Virus record (IMG/VR): IMGVR_UViG_3300034117_001294
Coordinates: 164,850-228,849 of that record
Reading direction: 5' to 3' (one strand)
Length of the DNA stretch: 64,000 bases
Shown: in pieces, positions 44,128 to 57,400 of the stretch
Numbering within the stretch: position 1 is the first letter of the stretch
Layout: every line of letters starts with the position of its first letter
Translations under genes and position numbers: made by a program
Notes under the pieces: model-generated
What the model was told of the DNA's origin: nothing
The model's input: only the letters and a program-made list of their open reading frames with translations
Database searches by the model: none

Positions 44128-46350
44128 TTATAGGTCTCTTCTAATAATCCACGATGTGAATGTTGATGTTGTTGCAGTATTGTATGCAGCGGTTACATTA
44201 ACTGTTAAGTTAGTTCCTGAATATTCAGAAATTGTTCCCTGTAGGTAGTTAACCTGTGTATCAGTTTCTCTAATTGTTATGCTAGTGCCGGTACTGAATA
44301 TGCTGCCCCATAATGTTGGGAAGCTATAAATTGTAGAACTACTTTTGTTAACTGTGAAAGTTTTTAATCCTGTAGTTAGAGTAGATGCACTATCAGATGT
44401 TAGATATGTAGTATCAACATCTTCAATAAATGTCCAGTAACCTGCAATAACTGCAAACAATTTTACAGTTCTAACAATACGAGGCATAGGAGTAGCAATT
44501 GTTACATTACCTGCTAATTCAAAGTCGGTAACTAGTAGTGTAGATGTACTTGTTATTGTATTAATAAACGAAGTAGTTGTTGAAGTTGCTGTGTAATCGA
44601 TTCCAGTAACAATATTAAATAATTTTCTAACGGTAGAAGTGTTTAAGTTATTCAACAAATATGTTGCAGTAGTAGCTTCATACTTGGTACATAATATAGT
44701 ACATCTAGCACCGTCAGGCTGAACATAATAAGGATCACCAAAACCGTCAACTGGCAACGTAACATCTAGTATTGCAATAATATCTTCATTTACTGTGTCA
44801 AAATCAGTTATATCGATGGCTAATGTATATGGCTTTCTAGCACTATAACCACCTAATGCACCAGCAAGTCGTCCTTCAAAGTATCCCTTAGACACTGCGG
44901 TGTCATCTGTGTCAAGGTCAATTGTGGCTGCTAGGCCAACAATCTTGTTAGAATTATCTAAATTAACGTAACCACTAGACGGAGTTAAATATAAATCAGT
45001 TAACGGTGTTGAAACTGTTGTGATATTTTTATCGTAGATAACAACACTAGAAACAGTCAGTCCTTGAAGAACTGGTAAATTAATTAATCCTGGAGCAAAC
45101 TTAACTGATGAACTTAATTTGTAGTCAGCAGCACCTGCCCATTCTAATACAGGAACCCCCGCAATTTTATAAGATCCAGAAGTAGTTAAAGTGTCAATGC
45201 CAATATTAGATTGCCACGAATCAGACGAATCGTTAAACACCCAAAGTTTGTCAGTAGTACCATGCAGTGTAATGCCGCCGCCGTCAATAAAAGCATCGGT
45301 TGCAGTAGTTTGACCAGTTGCAAGTTCGATATTTTTATCTTCAATTCGCATAAATGTAGTTTCTACACTTACCTGTGTACCAAGTACTGTTAAGTTTCCA
45401 GAAATATTTACATCTCCGGCAATGTCTACATCAACTGTAGGATTTCGTTTGAAAATTCCAATTCGATCATTATCAGAATCAATATGAATTGCCACTGCAT
45501 CAGTACCAGTAGTTACACTATTATATCTAATTTCTAAAGGTTCACCCTGTATTGTGCCACGGATTACACTAGTAACTACACCAGTATTGTCAACTAATAT
45601 TTCAACATTTGAATTTGTTCCAACTGAAATACCGTTATCGTTAACAAAATCAAATTTACCAGTAATTTCTGTTGAAGAATTTGATCTTAATACACTATCA
45701 AGACTAACACCCTGAATACTTTCTGCACTAGTTGCTACACCATAAAATTTAGCACCAATTGCACTGTTAATCATTAGACCAGATCTAATAGTGCTAGTAC
45801 CTAAAGCAATTGCTGTTAATGTTTCAGGTTGAAGAGAAATAGTTGATGTAGACATCACTGCCCAACGAACACCCTGGCTATAGAAAATAGACAGCTCGTG
45901 ATCGAAACCTGAACTGTCTGATATTGTATCTACGAACCACCCTTCTTTACCTACGCTGTCAGAATATTGTTTAGCAGCAAGTTGCCAAACTGTTCCGTCA
46001 TACCATTTTAATAAATTGTCAGTAGTATCCACCCACAAATCGCCGCGGACTACTCCAGCTGGTTCAGTTGTGCTTATAATCGGAGCACCAACTGGTTTGA
46101 ATGTGCCTGTTGAATAAACTTTTAGTCGACCCTCGCTTGTATCAAACCATGTTTGTCCCACAACAGGACTAGACGGTTCAATTAAGTTTGAAAAGTTTTC
46201 AAGTAACGAAACAAAATTAGCGTTAACATATTGTCCGTAATTATTAACATTCTTACCTACTAAAGTTATGCTAGTTGACACGTCGTCAATTGATTGATCA
46301 GCTACTACTGCTAATGTTTTTCCGTTTGTAAATTTAATCGTATATGACAT
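44128..46350 (-). CDS. tail fibre/baseplate-associated protein
   Basis: Same N-terminal domain (LVGKNVNNYG..LLENFS..GQTWFD); Thr/Ser-rich beta repeats. Confidence 0.75.
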   Translation of the reverse strand: MSYTIKFTNGKTLAVVADQSIDDVSTSITLVGKNVNNYGQYVNANFVSLLENFSNLIEPSSPVVGQTWFDTSEGRLKVYSTGTFKPVGAPIISTTEPAGVVRGDLWVDTTDNLLKWYDGTVWQLAAKQYSDSVGKEGWFVDTISDSSGFDHELSIFYSQGVRWAVMSTSTISLQPETLTAIALGTSTIRSGLMINSAIGAKFYGVATSAESIQGVSLDSVLRSNSSTEITGKFDFVNDNGISVGTNSNVEILVDNTGVVTSVIRGTIQGEPLEIRYNSVTTGTDAVAIHIDSDNDRIGIFKRNPTVDVDIAGDVNISGNLTVLGTQVSVETTFMRIEDKNIELATGQTTATDAFIDGGGITLHGTTDKLWVFNDSSDSWQSNIGIDTLTTSGSYKIAGVPVLEWAGAADYKLSSSVKFAPGLINLPVLQGLTVSSVVIYDKNITTVSTPLTDLYLTPSSGYVNLDNSNKIVGLAATIDLDTDDTAVSKGYFEGRLAGALGGYSARKPYTLAIDITDFDTVNEDIIAILDVTLPVDGFGDPYYVQPDGARCTILCTKYEATTATYLLNNLNTSTVRKLFNIVTGIDYTATSTTTSFINTITSTSTLLVTDFELAGNVTIATPMPRIVRTVKLFAVIAGYWTFIEDVDTTYLTSDSASTLTTGLKTFTVNKSSSTIYSFPTLWGSIFSTGTSITIRETDTQVNYLQGTISEYSGTNLTVNVTAAYNTATTSTFTSWIIRRDL

Positions 46351-46356
46351 AACTTA

Positions 46357-48600
46357 TTAGGCCTTGATAATATAATTCATAGCATGGAACGGATTCATTA
46401 CAGTAGTTACCATGCCTGTTGCAGTTCCGCCAAAGCCCGGAGTCGGATACGGAAACTGTTGCGAGAATGAAGTTGCAGTCATAGTAGCAGTAGTCGATCC
46501 GCCAACTACTCGAGGTGCTGTTCCTTGGGATGCTAAGAAACTATTAGGTGTATTTGCTCCTACTACTCTATTTGCAGTTCCTCCACTACTGGTAAGTCCG
46601 TTGGTCATGTTATCATAACCAATAATTGTTCTTCCTCGTAGATCGGGCAATCTAAACTGACCGTTAACTAATGTCTTACCATAAGTGTATCCGATTGCTG
46701 CAAATAGGGCAGGATAGTCTGTGCGGCCAACAACCGCACCATCACAAAATAACCATCCTTTGCTTAAAGGTGTTGCAGGATTTGGTTTTTCAATTCCGGC
46801 ATATGGCATAATTGTACCAGGCGGAATTAAGAAATCTAACACACTGGACAATAAAGCGTCTCTACTAGCCTTAGCTAGACCAGTAACTCCTGTACCCGAA
46901 ACTGCTGTAAACAATGCAGTATTTGTTGGGGCACTACCCAAAACATTAACACTCGGTATGGTTATCGACATGTCGTTGATATTGTTTTCGCCGCCTAACA
47001 ATGTTCCGGGAACTGTTAATACATCGTTAGCAAGATAGTTAGTTCCGCTATTTGCAACTCTGTCAATAATATATGTTCCAGCAGCTTGACGAGTAATATC
47101 AAATGCAATGCCGCTACCAGAGCCCCCGTTAGCAGGTATTGAAACAAAACTAACACTCTTAACAGCTACTAATAATTCATCAGTTGATGCAACACTGGTA
47201 ACTGTGCTTCTTGAAGTAATTGCATTAGCCTGCAATTGAGTTGTAAAAGTTCTAGTTTCACTTGTTCCGCCATAGGTAATACCTGCACTATATATATCGC
47301 CGGCCATTGTAAACGTTGCAGAAGATGCTAATCTAGTTGCTACTGTGGATGTTCCATCAAGTGTTCCTTTAAATACAGCACTGTGTACTTCTTTAAATGA
47401 CTTGGTAACAGATCCTAATGTATAAACATTGTGAACTGCTGGTTGAATAATTTCTTTAGAGAATAAAGAAGTATCAGTAACTGTATTTCCTATTTTAATC
47501 CCATTAAAAAATGTAGATGTTGAATTAAATGTTGCAGTACTACTGAACGAAGTGTTCTTACCAAATGCAACTGCACCTGAAATAGTCAATGCATCGTCAG
47601 CATTAGTAGTAATTGTGACAGTTCCGGAAAATCTAGCACTACCAGTAACATCTAAAGTAAATTGAGGATTAGGAGTGTTTATTCCTATTCTTTTATTTTC
47701 TCCTTGGATAGTTAAAATTTCGTTATAAATTTCACTTTCATCAACAACTTGAAATGCAAATGTTCCATTGAGTTTACTGTTGACAAATTTATTTTTAAAT
47801 GTGCCTTCCTTTTGAATTAAGAAAGTAGGGTCAACTCCTAATGTAAAGCCGTTCTTGGCGTTCAATACTCCATTGATAGATGTATCGATATCATTACGAA
47901 CAAAATAATTTCCACTAATAACACCTCGAGTAGGTGTAGTTACAATAAGATTCTGTGCTGCATAAGCAGTAGAATTTAAAATTGCAGAATTGACTGCTGT
48001 TAAATTGAGACCAGCTTTGATTGATTCAAACCCGTCAATCTTAATCTGTGGAGTAAATTGTTCAGGACTAATAATTTCTACAATGTTGCCGTCAACATAG
48101 TTTGCAATAATTTTATGACCAACACCTACAGTATCTAAGACCGTTTCTGCAATTGGTCCAGACTTACTGCTGCCGTCAACTGCCGGGCCTACTAATATCC
48201 ATTCACTGTTTTCGTTCTTAACTTTTAACTGGAACGTAGTTGTATCTACCCAGATATCACCAGTAACTGCTTCTGGGGGTTCTGAAGACTCTTGATACAC
48301 TCCGTTAATTGATTTCCAATTTGCACCGTTCGCGGTACCATCATTAATTTTTAATTTGTAATTAGCATTGTCGTACCAAAGCTGTCCTTCAATAGGATTA
48401 TTTGGAGGAGTGCTGTTAGCATGATTTTCTAGCAAGTGTAAGAAATTAGAGGCAAAGTCATATGCATAGCCTGAAGCATTTTTTCCAACTAGTGTTAGAC
48501 TAGTAGAATAATTATTTCCAGGATTTCCAGGAAGACCATCATCAACTAGAATAGCACTGCTATACTTTGTAGGATCAGAAAAATAAACTGTATAGGCCAT
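46357..48600 (-). CDS. tail fibre protein with phage tail collar domain
   Basis: Shared N-terminus; PPGTIMPYAG..GWLFCDG..YPALFAAIG..YG..FRLPDLRGR..NYIIKA. Confidence 0.85.
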   Translation of the reverse strand: MAYTVYFSDPTKYSSAILVDDGLPGNPGNNYSTSLTLVGKNASGYAYDFASNFLHLLENHANSTPPNNPIEGQLWYDNANYKLKINDGTANGANWKSINGVYQESSEPPEAVTGDIWVDTTTFQLKVKNENSEWILVGPAVDGSSKSGPIAETVLDTVGVGHKIIANYVDGNIVEIISPEQFTPQIKIDGFESIKAGLNLTAVNSAILNSTAYAAQNLIVTTPTRGVISGNYFVRNDIDTSINGVLNAKNGFTLGVDPTFLIQKEGTFKNKFVNSKLNGTFAFQVVDESEIYNEILTIQGENKRIGINTPNPQFTLDVTGSARFSGTVTITTNADDALTISGAVAFGKNTSFSSTATFNSTSTFFNGIKIGNTVTDTSLFSKEIIQPAVHNVYTLGSVTKSFKEVHSAVFKGTLDGTSTVATRLASSATFTMAGDIYSAGITYGGTSETRTFTTQLQANAITSRSTVTSVASTDELLVAVKSVSFVSIPANGGSGSGIAFDITRQAAGTYIIDRVANSGTNYLANDVLTVPGTLLGGENNINDMSITIPSVNVLGSAPTNTALFTAVSGTGVTGLAKASRDALLSSVLDFLIPPGTIMPYAGIEKPNPATPLSKGWLFCDGAVVGRTDYPALFAAIGYTYGKTLVNGQFRLPDLRGRTIIGYDNMTNGLTSSGGTANRVVGANTPNSFLASQGTAPRVVGGSTTATMTATSFSQQFPYPTPGFGGTATGMVTTVMNPFHAMNYIIKA

Positions 48601-48601
48601 G

Positions 48602-49255
48602 TTATGCTCCTACTCCACTAATACTTTGAACTCTAACAGTATAATCAATTTGGATCATTCTGTTTAAGCTCTTCTGTACAGGGTGAAAAATAACGTGGGT
48701 TAACAACAATTCATTTCCAGTAGAATCATATCCTACTAGTCCTAGTTCATCAAATACAAATTGTCCGTCTAAATTTGCACTGTTATCAAATGCTAGCTGA
48801 CCGTTAGGCTCTCCAAAATCTAATAAACAACTAACAAGAAGATCGCTATATGTTGCACCAACTAAATGCCTAGATTCCATAAAGTTTCTTGTGGGATCTA
48901 AGTTAGATGAACTAGCAGCATCAACTGATTTTTCATAGGTTTTGTTATACAATGCTGCGTTTTGACCAACAGAATTAGGTGTCAAGTATGTAATAATTCC
49001 GGTAGGATCAACTCTGCTGCCGCCGTTTCCAAATGCCATTTTACTGACCCAACCGTAACCTTGATTTCCAACACTGTTAACTAGTGCTAGACTAAAGTTT
49101 TCATAATGGATAGCATTGCGTTTATTAACAAAGACTTCTTTAGTAGTAGGATCAAAGATCTTAATGTGCCCTTGAAGGCTAATACCGCCAACTTCGTCTG
49201 GAGTTTTAGCCGGAGTTTCGGGCTGCTTTAATTTATTTTCGTCTTGCATGTTCAT
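48602..49255 (-). CDS. virion structural protein (tail/baseplate region)
   Basis: GHIKIFD..NAIH..MAFGNGG..FDELGL..THVIFHPVQKS; located in structural operon. Confidence 0.7.
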   Translation of the reverse strand: MNMQDENKLKQPETPAKTPDEVGGISLQGHIKIFDPTTKEVFVNKRNAIHYENFSLALVNSVGNQGYGWVSKMAFGNGGSRVDPTGIITYLTPNSVGQNAALYNKTYEKSVDAASSSNLDPTRNFMESRHLVGATYSDLLVSCLLDFGEPNGQLAFDNSANLDGQFVFDELGLVGYDSTGNELLLTHVIFHPVQKSLNRMIQIDYTVRVQSISGVGA

Positions 49256-49272
49256 ACTTATCCAATATTATT

Positions 49273-51405
49273 TTATACTATGTTAATAGTGTTACCCATT
49301 GATGCATGTATTCCGCACTGATAATACAATGTAGAAGGAGCATTCATAGGAACTGTGATTGTAGTTGTACCTGTAGAACTTCCAGTCACTCCATTTGTAT
49401 ATGCAGCTCCACCGTTACTCACTCTAATTAAGAATGGATGACTTGCTCCAGTACTGTTGATAAAATTATACGTAAATCCTTTGTAAAGATACAATATAGG
49501 ATCATCTGTATTGCCGGTAATAATTCCCGGACCACTAAATGTATAGGCAATTGTGCCGTTACTAGATAATGTCCATGTTAATCCTGCAAAAATACCTGTT
49601 GCACCTGCTGGTCCTGTTGCACCTGCTGGTCCTGTTGCACCTGCTGGTCCTGTTGCACCGCCTGGATCTCCCTGAGGGCCAGTAGACCCAGTAGGGCCAG
49701 TAGCACCAGTAGAACCTTGAGGTCCGGTAGCTCCAGTTGCACCTTCTGGTCCTGTTGCACCTGTAAGACCAGTAGGTCCTAATTCACCTGTTAGATCAAA
49801 CAACCAACTGCTGTATGTACCAGTTCCTTCTGTAGTAATTGGATTAAGTGTGAGGTTTTTATTTGTAAAACTTACAATTTGCCCGTAAATTGTTGCACTA
49901 GATCCTGCATACGCAAATACGTAGTTGCCGCCCATAAATGCAGATTCAGAAATCGCAGATTTGTTAGTAACAAATGTCACTGTGGATGTTCCGATAGCAA
50001 CTGTACTAGTTGATATTAATCCTGCAAATCCAGGACCGGTTGCACCTTGTGGCCCAGTAGATCCAGTAGGACCAATGTCACCAGTTCTAGCAAATGTTAA
50101 AATAAGTTCAGCTTGATCATCAAATCTAAATGCACCATCTACATGGGCACAGTCTATTTTAAAATAACCATCTTCTTCAGTAATTGCAGTGATTGTAAAA
50201 ATTGCAAAGGTGCTAGGAGTATTAGCAACTCCAACTCTAAAATGACCTTTTAAAGGACTTGTGCTATCGTCAATTGTTCGTAGGAAACTCTGAAGATCAA
50301 CACCGTTAATATCCCGGTCATCGACATAGAATAAGGTAGCATCAGGCAAAGTTTGATTGTCAAATTTAATTCTACCGTTACCTGGATCGTCATCTGTTAC
50401 CGCAGTGCTAAATCTATAGTTAACAGTTAGGCCGCCAAAACTTCCAGCAGGTCCAGTTGATCCTTGTGGACCAGTAGCACCCGTTCCGCCTCGAAGACCA
50501 GTTGCACCCGTAGTACCGTTAACGCCTTGAATGCCAGTTGCACCTGTAGCACCTGTACTACCTATTGGTCCAGTTGCACCTCCCGGGTCTCCTGCATCAC
50601 CTTTTAGGCCAGTAGCACCAGTAGAACCTAGTGTGCCTGTAGCCCCTGTAGATCCCTGATACCCTTGGGCACCAATTTCTCCCTGGACTCCTTGAGGACC
50701 AGTTGCACCTCGGGTACCTTGACCGCCAACTAAAGTTATAGTCCAATTGGTAAAAGTACCAGAGCCAAAGCTAGTTAATGGTCTAACAGTAAGTTGATTT
50801 CCAACAAAACTCTCAACAATACCGTCAAAGTTTGAGGTAAGGTCTGTACTAGAACTAGCTGTTGCCCTTACCCTAGAACTTGCAGTATATGCAACGGTAC
50901 TAGATGATAAGTGAGTTATAAATGTTACAGTGTTCAAACTGATTGTTGCAGTAGTTAGTGAAAAGAGGGGCACAAATCCAACTCCGGTTGCACCTGTGCT
51001 GCCACTGCCTGTTTCTCCAGTTGCACCCTCAGGACCCGAAGGACCAGTTGCACCAGTAGATCCTGCACCAGTAGATCCTGTAGGTCCTGTTGCTCCGTTA
51101 AATCCAGTAGCACCAATCGGACCAGTTGATCCCTGCGGGCCCGTTGCACCGTCAACTCCATTCAACCCACTTTGTCCAGTAGCACCTTGACTTCCAGTTG
51201 CTCCTGTTGACCCAATTCCAGTTGAACCAGTTGGTCCTGTTGCACCAGTCGATCCCTGCGGGCCTGTACTACCTTGTGCAGCGGCTTGGATCTGTTGTTT
51301 AAAATTTGCAAATGTTACTTGAAAATTTGTCCCACTAGAAACAACCGGAAATATTGTTTGATCCGTTACGTTGGTTAAAGTTGTAAGTTGCGATATTCTT
51401 GCCAT
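49273..51405 (-). CDS. collagen-like fibre protein with C-terminal cupredoxin-like domain
   Basis: Several (G-X-Y)n blocks (GAT/GPT/GST); C-terminal HPF...[12 protein letters not shown]. Confidence 0.85.
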   Translation of the reverse strand: MARISQLTTLTNVTDQTIFPVVSSGTNFQVTFANFKQQIQAAAQGSTGPQGSTGATGPTGSTGIGSTGATGSQGATGQSGLNGVDGATGPQGSTGPIGATGFNGATGPTGSTGAGSTGATGPSGPEGATGETGSGSTGATGVGFVPLFSLTTATISLNTVTFITHLSSSTVAYTASSRVRATASSSTDLTSNFDGIVESFVGNQLTVRPLTSFGSGTFTNWTITLVGGQGTRGATGPQGVQGEIGAQGYQGSTGATGTLGSTGATGLKGDAGDPGGATGPIGSTGATGATGIQGVNGTTGATGLRGGTGATGPQGSTGPAGSFGGLTVNYRFSTAVTDDDPGNGRIKFDNQTLPDATLFYVDDRDINGVDLQSFLRTIDDSTSPLKGHFRVGVANTPSTFAIFTITAITEEDGYFKIDCAHVDGAFRFDDQAELILTFARTGDIGPTGSTGPQGATGPGFAGLISTSTVAIGTSTVTFVTNKSAISESAFMGGNYVFAYAGSSATIYGQIVSFTNKNLTLNPITTEGTGTYSSWLFDLTGELGPTGLTGATGPEGATGATGPQGSTGATGPTGSTGPQGDPGGATGPAGATGPAGATGPAGATGIFAGLTWTLSSNGTIAYTFSGPGIITGNTDDPILYLYKGFTYNFINSTGASHPFLIRVSNGGAAYTNGVTGSSTGTTTITVPMNAPSTLYYQCGIHASMGNTINIV
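49595..49659 (-). repeat. perfect 18-bp tandem repeat (about 3.6 copies) in collagen gene
   Basis: CCTGTTGCACCTGCTGGT x3 plus partial copy, encoding GATGPA repeats. Confidence 0.9.
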
Positions 51406-51406
51406 A

Positions 51407-54400
51407 TTATGAACCTATTAAAGGATCTCCTGTTTCACTGTCTAATGTATCCCCAAATTCAAGGATTAGGTATTGATCTGTTGCAGTATTCTGACCATAG
51501 TAATATTTATCTGGTAGGAAAGATGGTCTCTCCAACAAGAACTTAACTTGCTCAACATTTCTAGAATGGATGTCAGAATATTCAATTCCGGACTCTTGAG
51601 ACACTGTTTGAATTACTTTTAATTCTGACCCTACTCTAGGAGTAAAGTTTAAATTAATAGTATTTGTTGCAGTAGTAATGCTGTATTCAGCTGCCAACAA
51701 AACTGTACTTGCAGTGTTATAAGAATTAGTTTCTCCCGAATCATATGCAACACTAACATCAGTAGTTCGATAAGTCGAAGTTGTATTTTTAACAACCTTT
51801 ACTCCGTTGTTAAACAACGATGTGAAAGTATCAGATAACGGCTTACGCAGTACTCTACCTTGATAAACAACGTCAACATGATTATAAGAGTTAATAACTC
51901 CGCCATCAAACACAATATTTGTCAATGTTAGTACTGTGTTAGTTGTGCTATTGATAGTAAACTTATCTTGTTTCTTATATTCAACTACTGGAATATTTTG
52001 CTCAGGCCCTTGATCTAACACTATAGAACTTTCTTTGTGTAAAGATTTGATACCTGTACCTAATGTTCCCCTACGTAACCAGCTAAGTTTATTGCCTTCT
52101 ACTTTATAAAATTCAATTCGTTCTCCGTCAATTAAAATAACGCCAGGACGATTGTTGTTGTGATTAGGCAATGTTAATACATCTGCATCTTCTACCGTAA
52201 TGGAAGTGTCAGTTGGCAGTAAGTCTGCTGCAAGTTGAGTAGAATTTTCTTGACTAATTCTCTTGTAATGTGTTCTACCAAGATTATCGCGGAAAATTCT
52301 ATATCCAACAAGTGCTTCACTTGTTTGATCTACTACACTCATAATCACTACTGTATCAGTAGATTTTAATTTATATTGCTCGTTCAAGATAACTGTTCTG
52401 TTGTCAGAGCCAATTTTAAATTCAGTTTCTCTAGTAATCGGGCGACCATTTACTTCAACCCAAACATAGTTGCTGTTAACCACAGTTCTGCTTAATTTGA
52501 ATATGCCTGCATAATTACCGTTGAAACGTTCTCTTCTAAATAAACTGTTATCGTGATTATTAAAAGTTGTAACTTTAATTGTACTGGAGCTAGCAACGTC
52601 AACTCGATCAGTTAGTGTTAATGTCGATCCAGTAACATAATAATCGTGATCTCTTAACAGTGTAATAGCAACAACGTCAGAATTGTTTAACACCTGAGTG
52701 TTAAATTCTACCAAGTTTTCATCTTGATTTAATCTAACTGTGGTGTCAAAATCTCGTCGGATGCCGTTAACATAAACTTCTAATTTAGCTCTATCAGGTA
52801 AGCCTTGCGGATAATCAATGTGCTGATCTAGAGAGAATGTCCTAACTCCGTTTGCCGCAGAATAATAAACTGTATCCGGCGGACTTAAACGTACACCGTT
52901 ACGTTCAACAATTAATTGACTATGGAATGGTTGAATATTTCCTGGAGGTGAGGTTAATGTGAACACTGTAGTACTCGAAGTAGCTGCAATTATTTGTTCT
53001 TTAATTTCGCTAAAGGCTTTGTGATCGCTGGCAAAAAACCAAACTTGCAGAGTATCTCCAATTGCTAAGTTAGTATCAAATGTTAATTTTACTCTACCAG
53101 AAGTTCCCTTAACTAGACCAGATAATGCATAATCAGTGCGTTTAACTCCGTTAATTGTTACATAACTGCTCTTGATATCTGCAAAACTAGATGCAAAATC
53201 AAATACTTTCTGGCCACTGGCATATGTAATAGGAACTGATGCTTTTTCTAGCAAGTTCTTGCCACCGACGCTCATAGTAGTAATGGATAACAATTCTGGA
53301 TCTGGATTTTGATTCTTAAATGGATCAAAGCTTCCTCGGCCAGCATATTGCCAATTACCACCATTGCTAGTGCTATAAAATACATGACTAGTATTATTTT
53401 GAATATTAGCATCATCTACTAGAATACCGGTACCTGGTGTGCTACCAGAACGGCCCAATGCAACTCCAGTAATGAATCCTTGGTCGCCGTTGAAGTTTGC
53501 CCCCCTCCATGTATTTTCATAAATCATTTCGATGTACTGATTTGTTCCATCACTGTATAACGTGACTTCAAATTGGTATGCGGGCACTGTTGTAGTTGAA
53601 GTTCTTTGATTATAATGAGAACCTTGAAAACGCAGTCTCCAGTATACAAAGTTGCCTACTTCGCCACCGCTTAAGAATAGACCCGGAGTTTCGCCAGTTG
53701 ATAGCGGAGTATTCCGTAGCCCTGTACTAGGATTAATACCATAGTCTTGCCACAAGTCACAATATTCAATATAAATCGCAGGTGCTATTAGTTGCCCTAG
53801 TACTAGAGGAGTCCATTGACTATCACCGGCTCCGAAAGTTAAATAGCCGTTGGTTCCAACATATACTTCATTGTATAATGTTCCAAACATGTTCCAGGAA
53901 AATCCAAGAGGGTACGGACCGGTAAATGTGTCATCACCTGCATTACTTTCAATTACTGTGCCTTGACGCCTTGGCAAAACATCCGAAGGATTAAAATAAG
54001 GTCCACGAATACCTGCATACGGGTCTGCTAAGAAAACAACTTCATTAGTTTGATAATCTAAAATATAATCTACACCGTATGATAGCAATCTGTTGTTTAA
54101 CATTACTTCAACAGATTCATTACTAGGAGGTGTAAATCCAATTGGATATCTGCTAGTGAACGCATCTTTGAAATATTTTTTGTTAATCATTAATGCTGCA
54201 CCCGCTGTAGGATAAGTGTAGACGTTGATTCCTAGACTGTCAGAAACTCTGCCTGGAAGATTTTCTTCAGGACCGTAGCTGTTGTTTGCACTGATTAACT
54301 TATCACCATCAATATTGATATCTTCCAAGTCATCAGACTTAGTAGGTACCATCATACCATTGATGTTATCATAGTACCATCCCGGGCTAGTAGCACCGTT

Positions 54401-57400
54401 AGGATTAATGTAGGTATCTAAATCTAAATCAACAACCGGTAAAGAGCCGTCGCTCGAAGTAGACCTAAACAATACTCTATCATTAGAATTATAAATTGCA
54501 GGAACTGTAATTGTACTAACGTATCCGTTGCCAACAAATGCTGTAGCAGTAGTATCAATTCTTACAAAATTATTAGTACCAGAATACTTAATATATGCAT
54601 TGTATCCTTGTCCCAATGTCGGAACAAAAGGCAAAGTGTAAACTAATGGATTTGGATTTACAAATGATAAAGAGGCACCGGGCGTTACTCCGACCGGTGC
54701 ACCTAACTGCAATACCCATCTAGTCATATTTGCAGTATCTATTGTAGAAGAAGTTACTGTATAAATTACTGTTGCAATAGTAACTGTAGATCCTATACGA
54801 ACTCCTGTAATATCTTTATTAGTTGCTAATGTAAAATACAATACTGACCCAGCACTGATACTGGTAGTTGCTGCTACGGTAGCAGTTACTCTCGGTCCTT
54901 TAGTTTCATACGCACCAACTTCTGGTATAAAGTCATCCCAATTACTGTCGCCGAACAGGGTAGTATCCCAACCTTTTGAAACTTCAAACGGTAGTGTATC
55001 AATTGTTACTCCGGGATATTCTAAGCCATTCATTAACATGGTTGCAGTATTGCCCGGCATTCCGGATACCGGTGCATAGTAATCTCTGATTCTATCAACT
55101 GCATGATATAAAGAATGATCTTTCTTATATTCAATTGTAATCTTTGATAGTTTTTTAGGTATGTCTGCAAGTACTATTTTGCCGTACTGTTTAGAATAGC
55201 CGTTAAACTTTTCAGAATATTTCTCAACTGTATAATCTCCAGACAGCACACGGATACCATCTACTTTAACTGTGATGTTATTCTTATCAGGGCTAGGAGC
55301 CCATGTTAAATCAAACTCTCGACTAGCACCTGTTGCGGTGTAAGAATCAAATGCGGTAGCTGTAGTAATTTCGTTGTATCCAGATACTCTATCAAATTTC
55401 ATTGTGATAGAATTTGATCTAACAGCACCGTTAGTAATTCTTACAGATACTCTTGCCGGAATAAGAGTTGTTGGGCCGCCCCCAATTAGTTTAACAATAG
55501 GAGTAGCAGTGTATCCAGAACCCGAGTCAGTAACAACAATTTGACTTACTTTACCAAGTGCAATATATGCAATAGCTTTGGCACCAGTACCGGTAGTATC
55601 TCCCGGTTGAGGAGTAATTTCAACCAGTGGTTGTAATTCATACCCAGATCCGCCGTCATACACATCAATTGCATTAACTGAATACGAATAACTCTGTAGC
55701 CAAGATTTCCAAGGATACGTGTTCAACTCTGCTCTACCAAATGTGACAGGAATAAATCTGCCTTGACTAGGACTGTAAACTGACGGTAGGTCAAAGTCTG
55801 TAATGACTGCACTTGTAACGTCTGTTGCAGTATAATTGTTAGTAAAATTCCTAATCTTAGTATGGTACGGTTTAGTTTCGTTGATGTATTCTTGATAATA
55901 AGATTCGTTGTTTAACTTGTAAACAGGTCGTTGATCCAGGCTTCCAGCATGATTATACACGTTAATGAACGATGTTTTAAATGCCCAGTCTAAGAATTTT
56001 TGCTCGCTTAGTGCATATTTGATCAGCTTAAAGAAAAGTCTGTTATAGTAAACTTTTAACGGACCTACAAATACATCTTCAAGTAAGCCGTATATAATGT
56101 TTTCAGTTTCTTTAGCAGGATTTTGATCCCAAGAAGTCTGATCCCATCCGGATACTTGATCCCATCCGTATACTGATGCTTTATAATTCCAGATAGACTC
56201 GTCTAATTTAATAGTACCATTTTCTTGATAGATTAAATCAAAAGAGCCATTATAAGTTCCGACACCGGCTGTAGACAATCGCTTTCTTAAAATAATATAT
56301 CTGCCGTCGCCGCCGTTTCTTACTTTAACATAATTGCCAGCAGGGATACTAGATACACTGGCTAGCTGGTACGGTGCATCTATGGTAGCAAGTATATCTT
56401 GTGCAGGGTTATAAGTTGTATCAACCCAGTCAATATATTTCCAGAAGTTAGCAGTATCGTAGGATTGAGTATACTTTCTTAAAAATACTTTAAGATCATA
56501 TTCCCACTCGTAACGACTCCAGCGACCATTTACTGTGTCGTCTGTTCTTACTATTACTGTGAACGGTCTAACAGTTAATGTTGGAGAAGCTGTATAATTT
56601 TTTCCAGGATTTACTACTGTGACTTTAACAATTTCGCCAACAATATTAACTTCAGTTACAATTTTTGCATCACTACCGTTGCCGTCAATAGCCACAGTTG
56701 GACCAACATAGTTGACTGCTTCTTGGTTAGAGTTAACTAAAACTTTTTCTAATGTACCGTGACCAAATCCCGGATTAATAATTGTAACAGAAATAATTTT
56801 ACCATTTCTTACCTGGCAGGTTAGCTCTGCTCTCTTAAGATTTCTAGTACTGACTGCAAAATCTCGTTCAATTAAGTCTTCAACTAATACATCATAAGTT
56901 CCTAATACTTGGTTAGGAATCTCATCTTTAGCATTAAACTTGGTAAAGTTTACACTGTCAACAATGTTGTTATTTTTCAATACGGTGTTGGTATATTCAA
57001 CTAATGTTCTCAAAGCACCAATCCTGTCTTTGAACATACTTTGTCTTGGTCTAAACTCAATTCCATACTTTAATCTATCAGACAACATTGTGTCTGGTAC
57101 TGAGTTACCTGCCGTATCTTTTCCTAATAGACTGTCTATTAGTTTTCTAATCATTAATGTATTAGGTACACTAGATGCATTTCCGTCTTGCAGCAACAAC
57201 CATTCAGTGTGTTTATTAATTTCTTTTCCGGTTGTATCTATATCAATTGACAAATTGATATCAGTTCCGATAATAGAACTGCCCATGTTGGTTAACATGA
57301 ACGCATTGTTTGCAATCATAGATGCAAACTTAACGCCTTTTGCTTTAGGATCTGCAATAAGACTTGCAACATCATATGCACTTAGTCTTCTAGATGCCCC

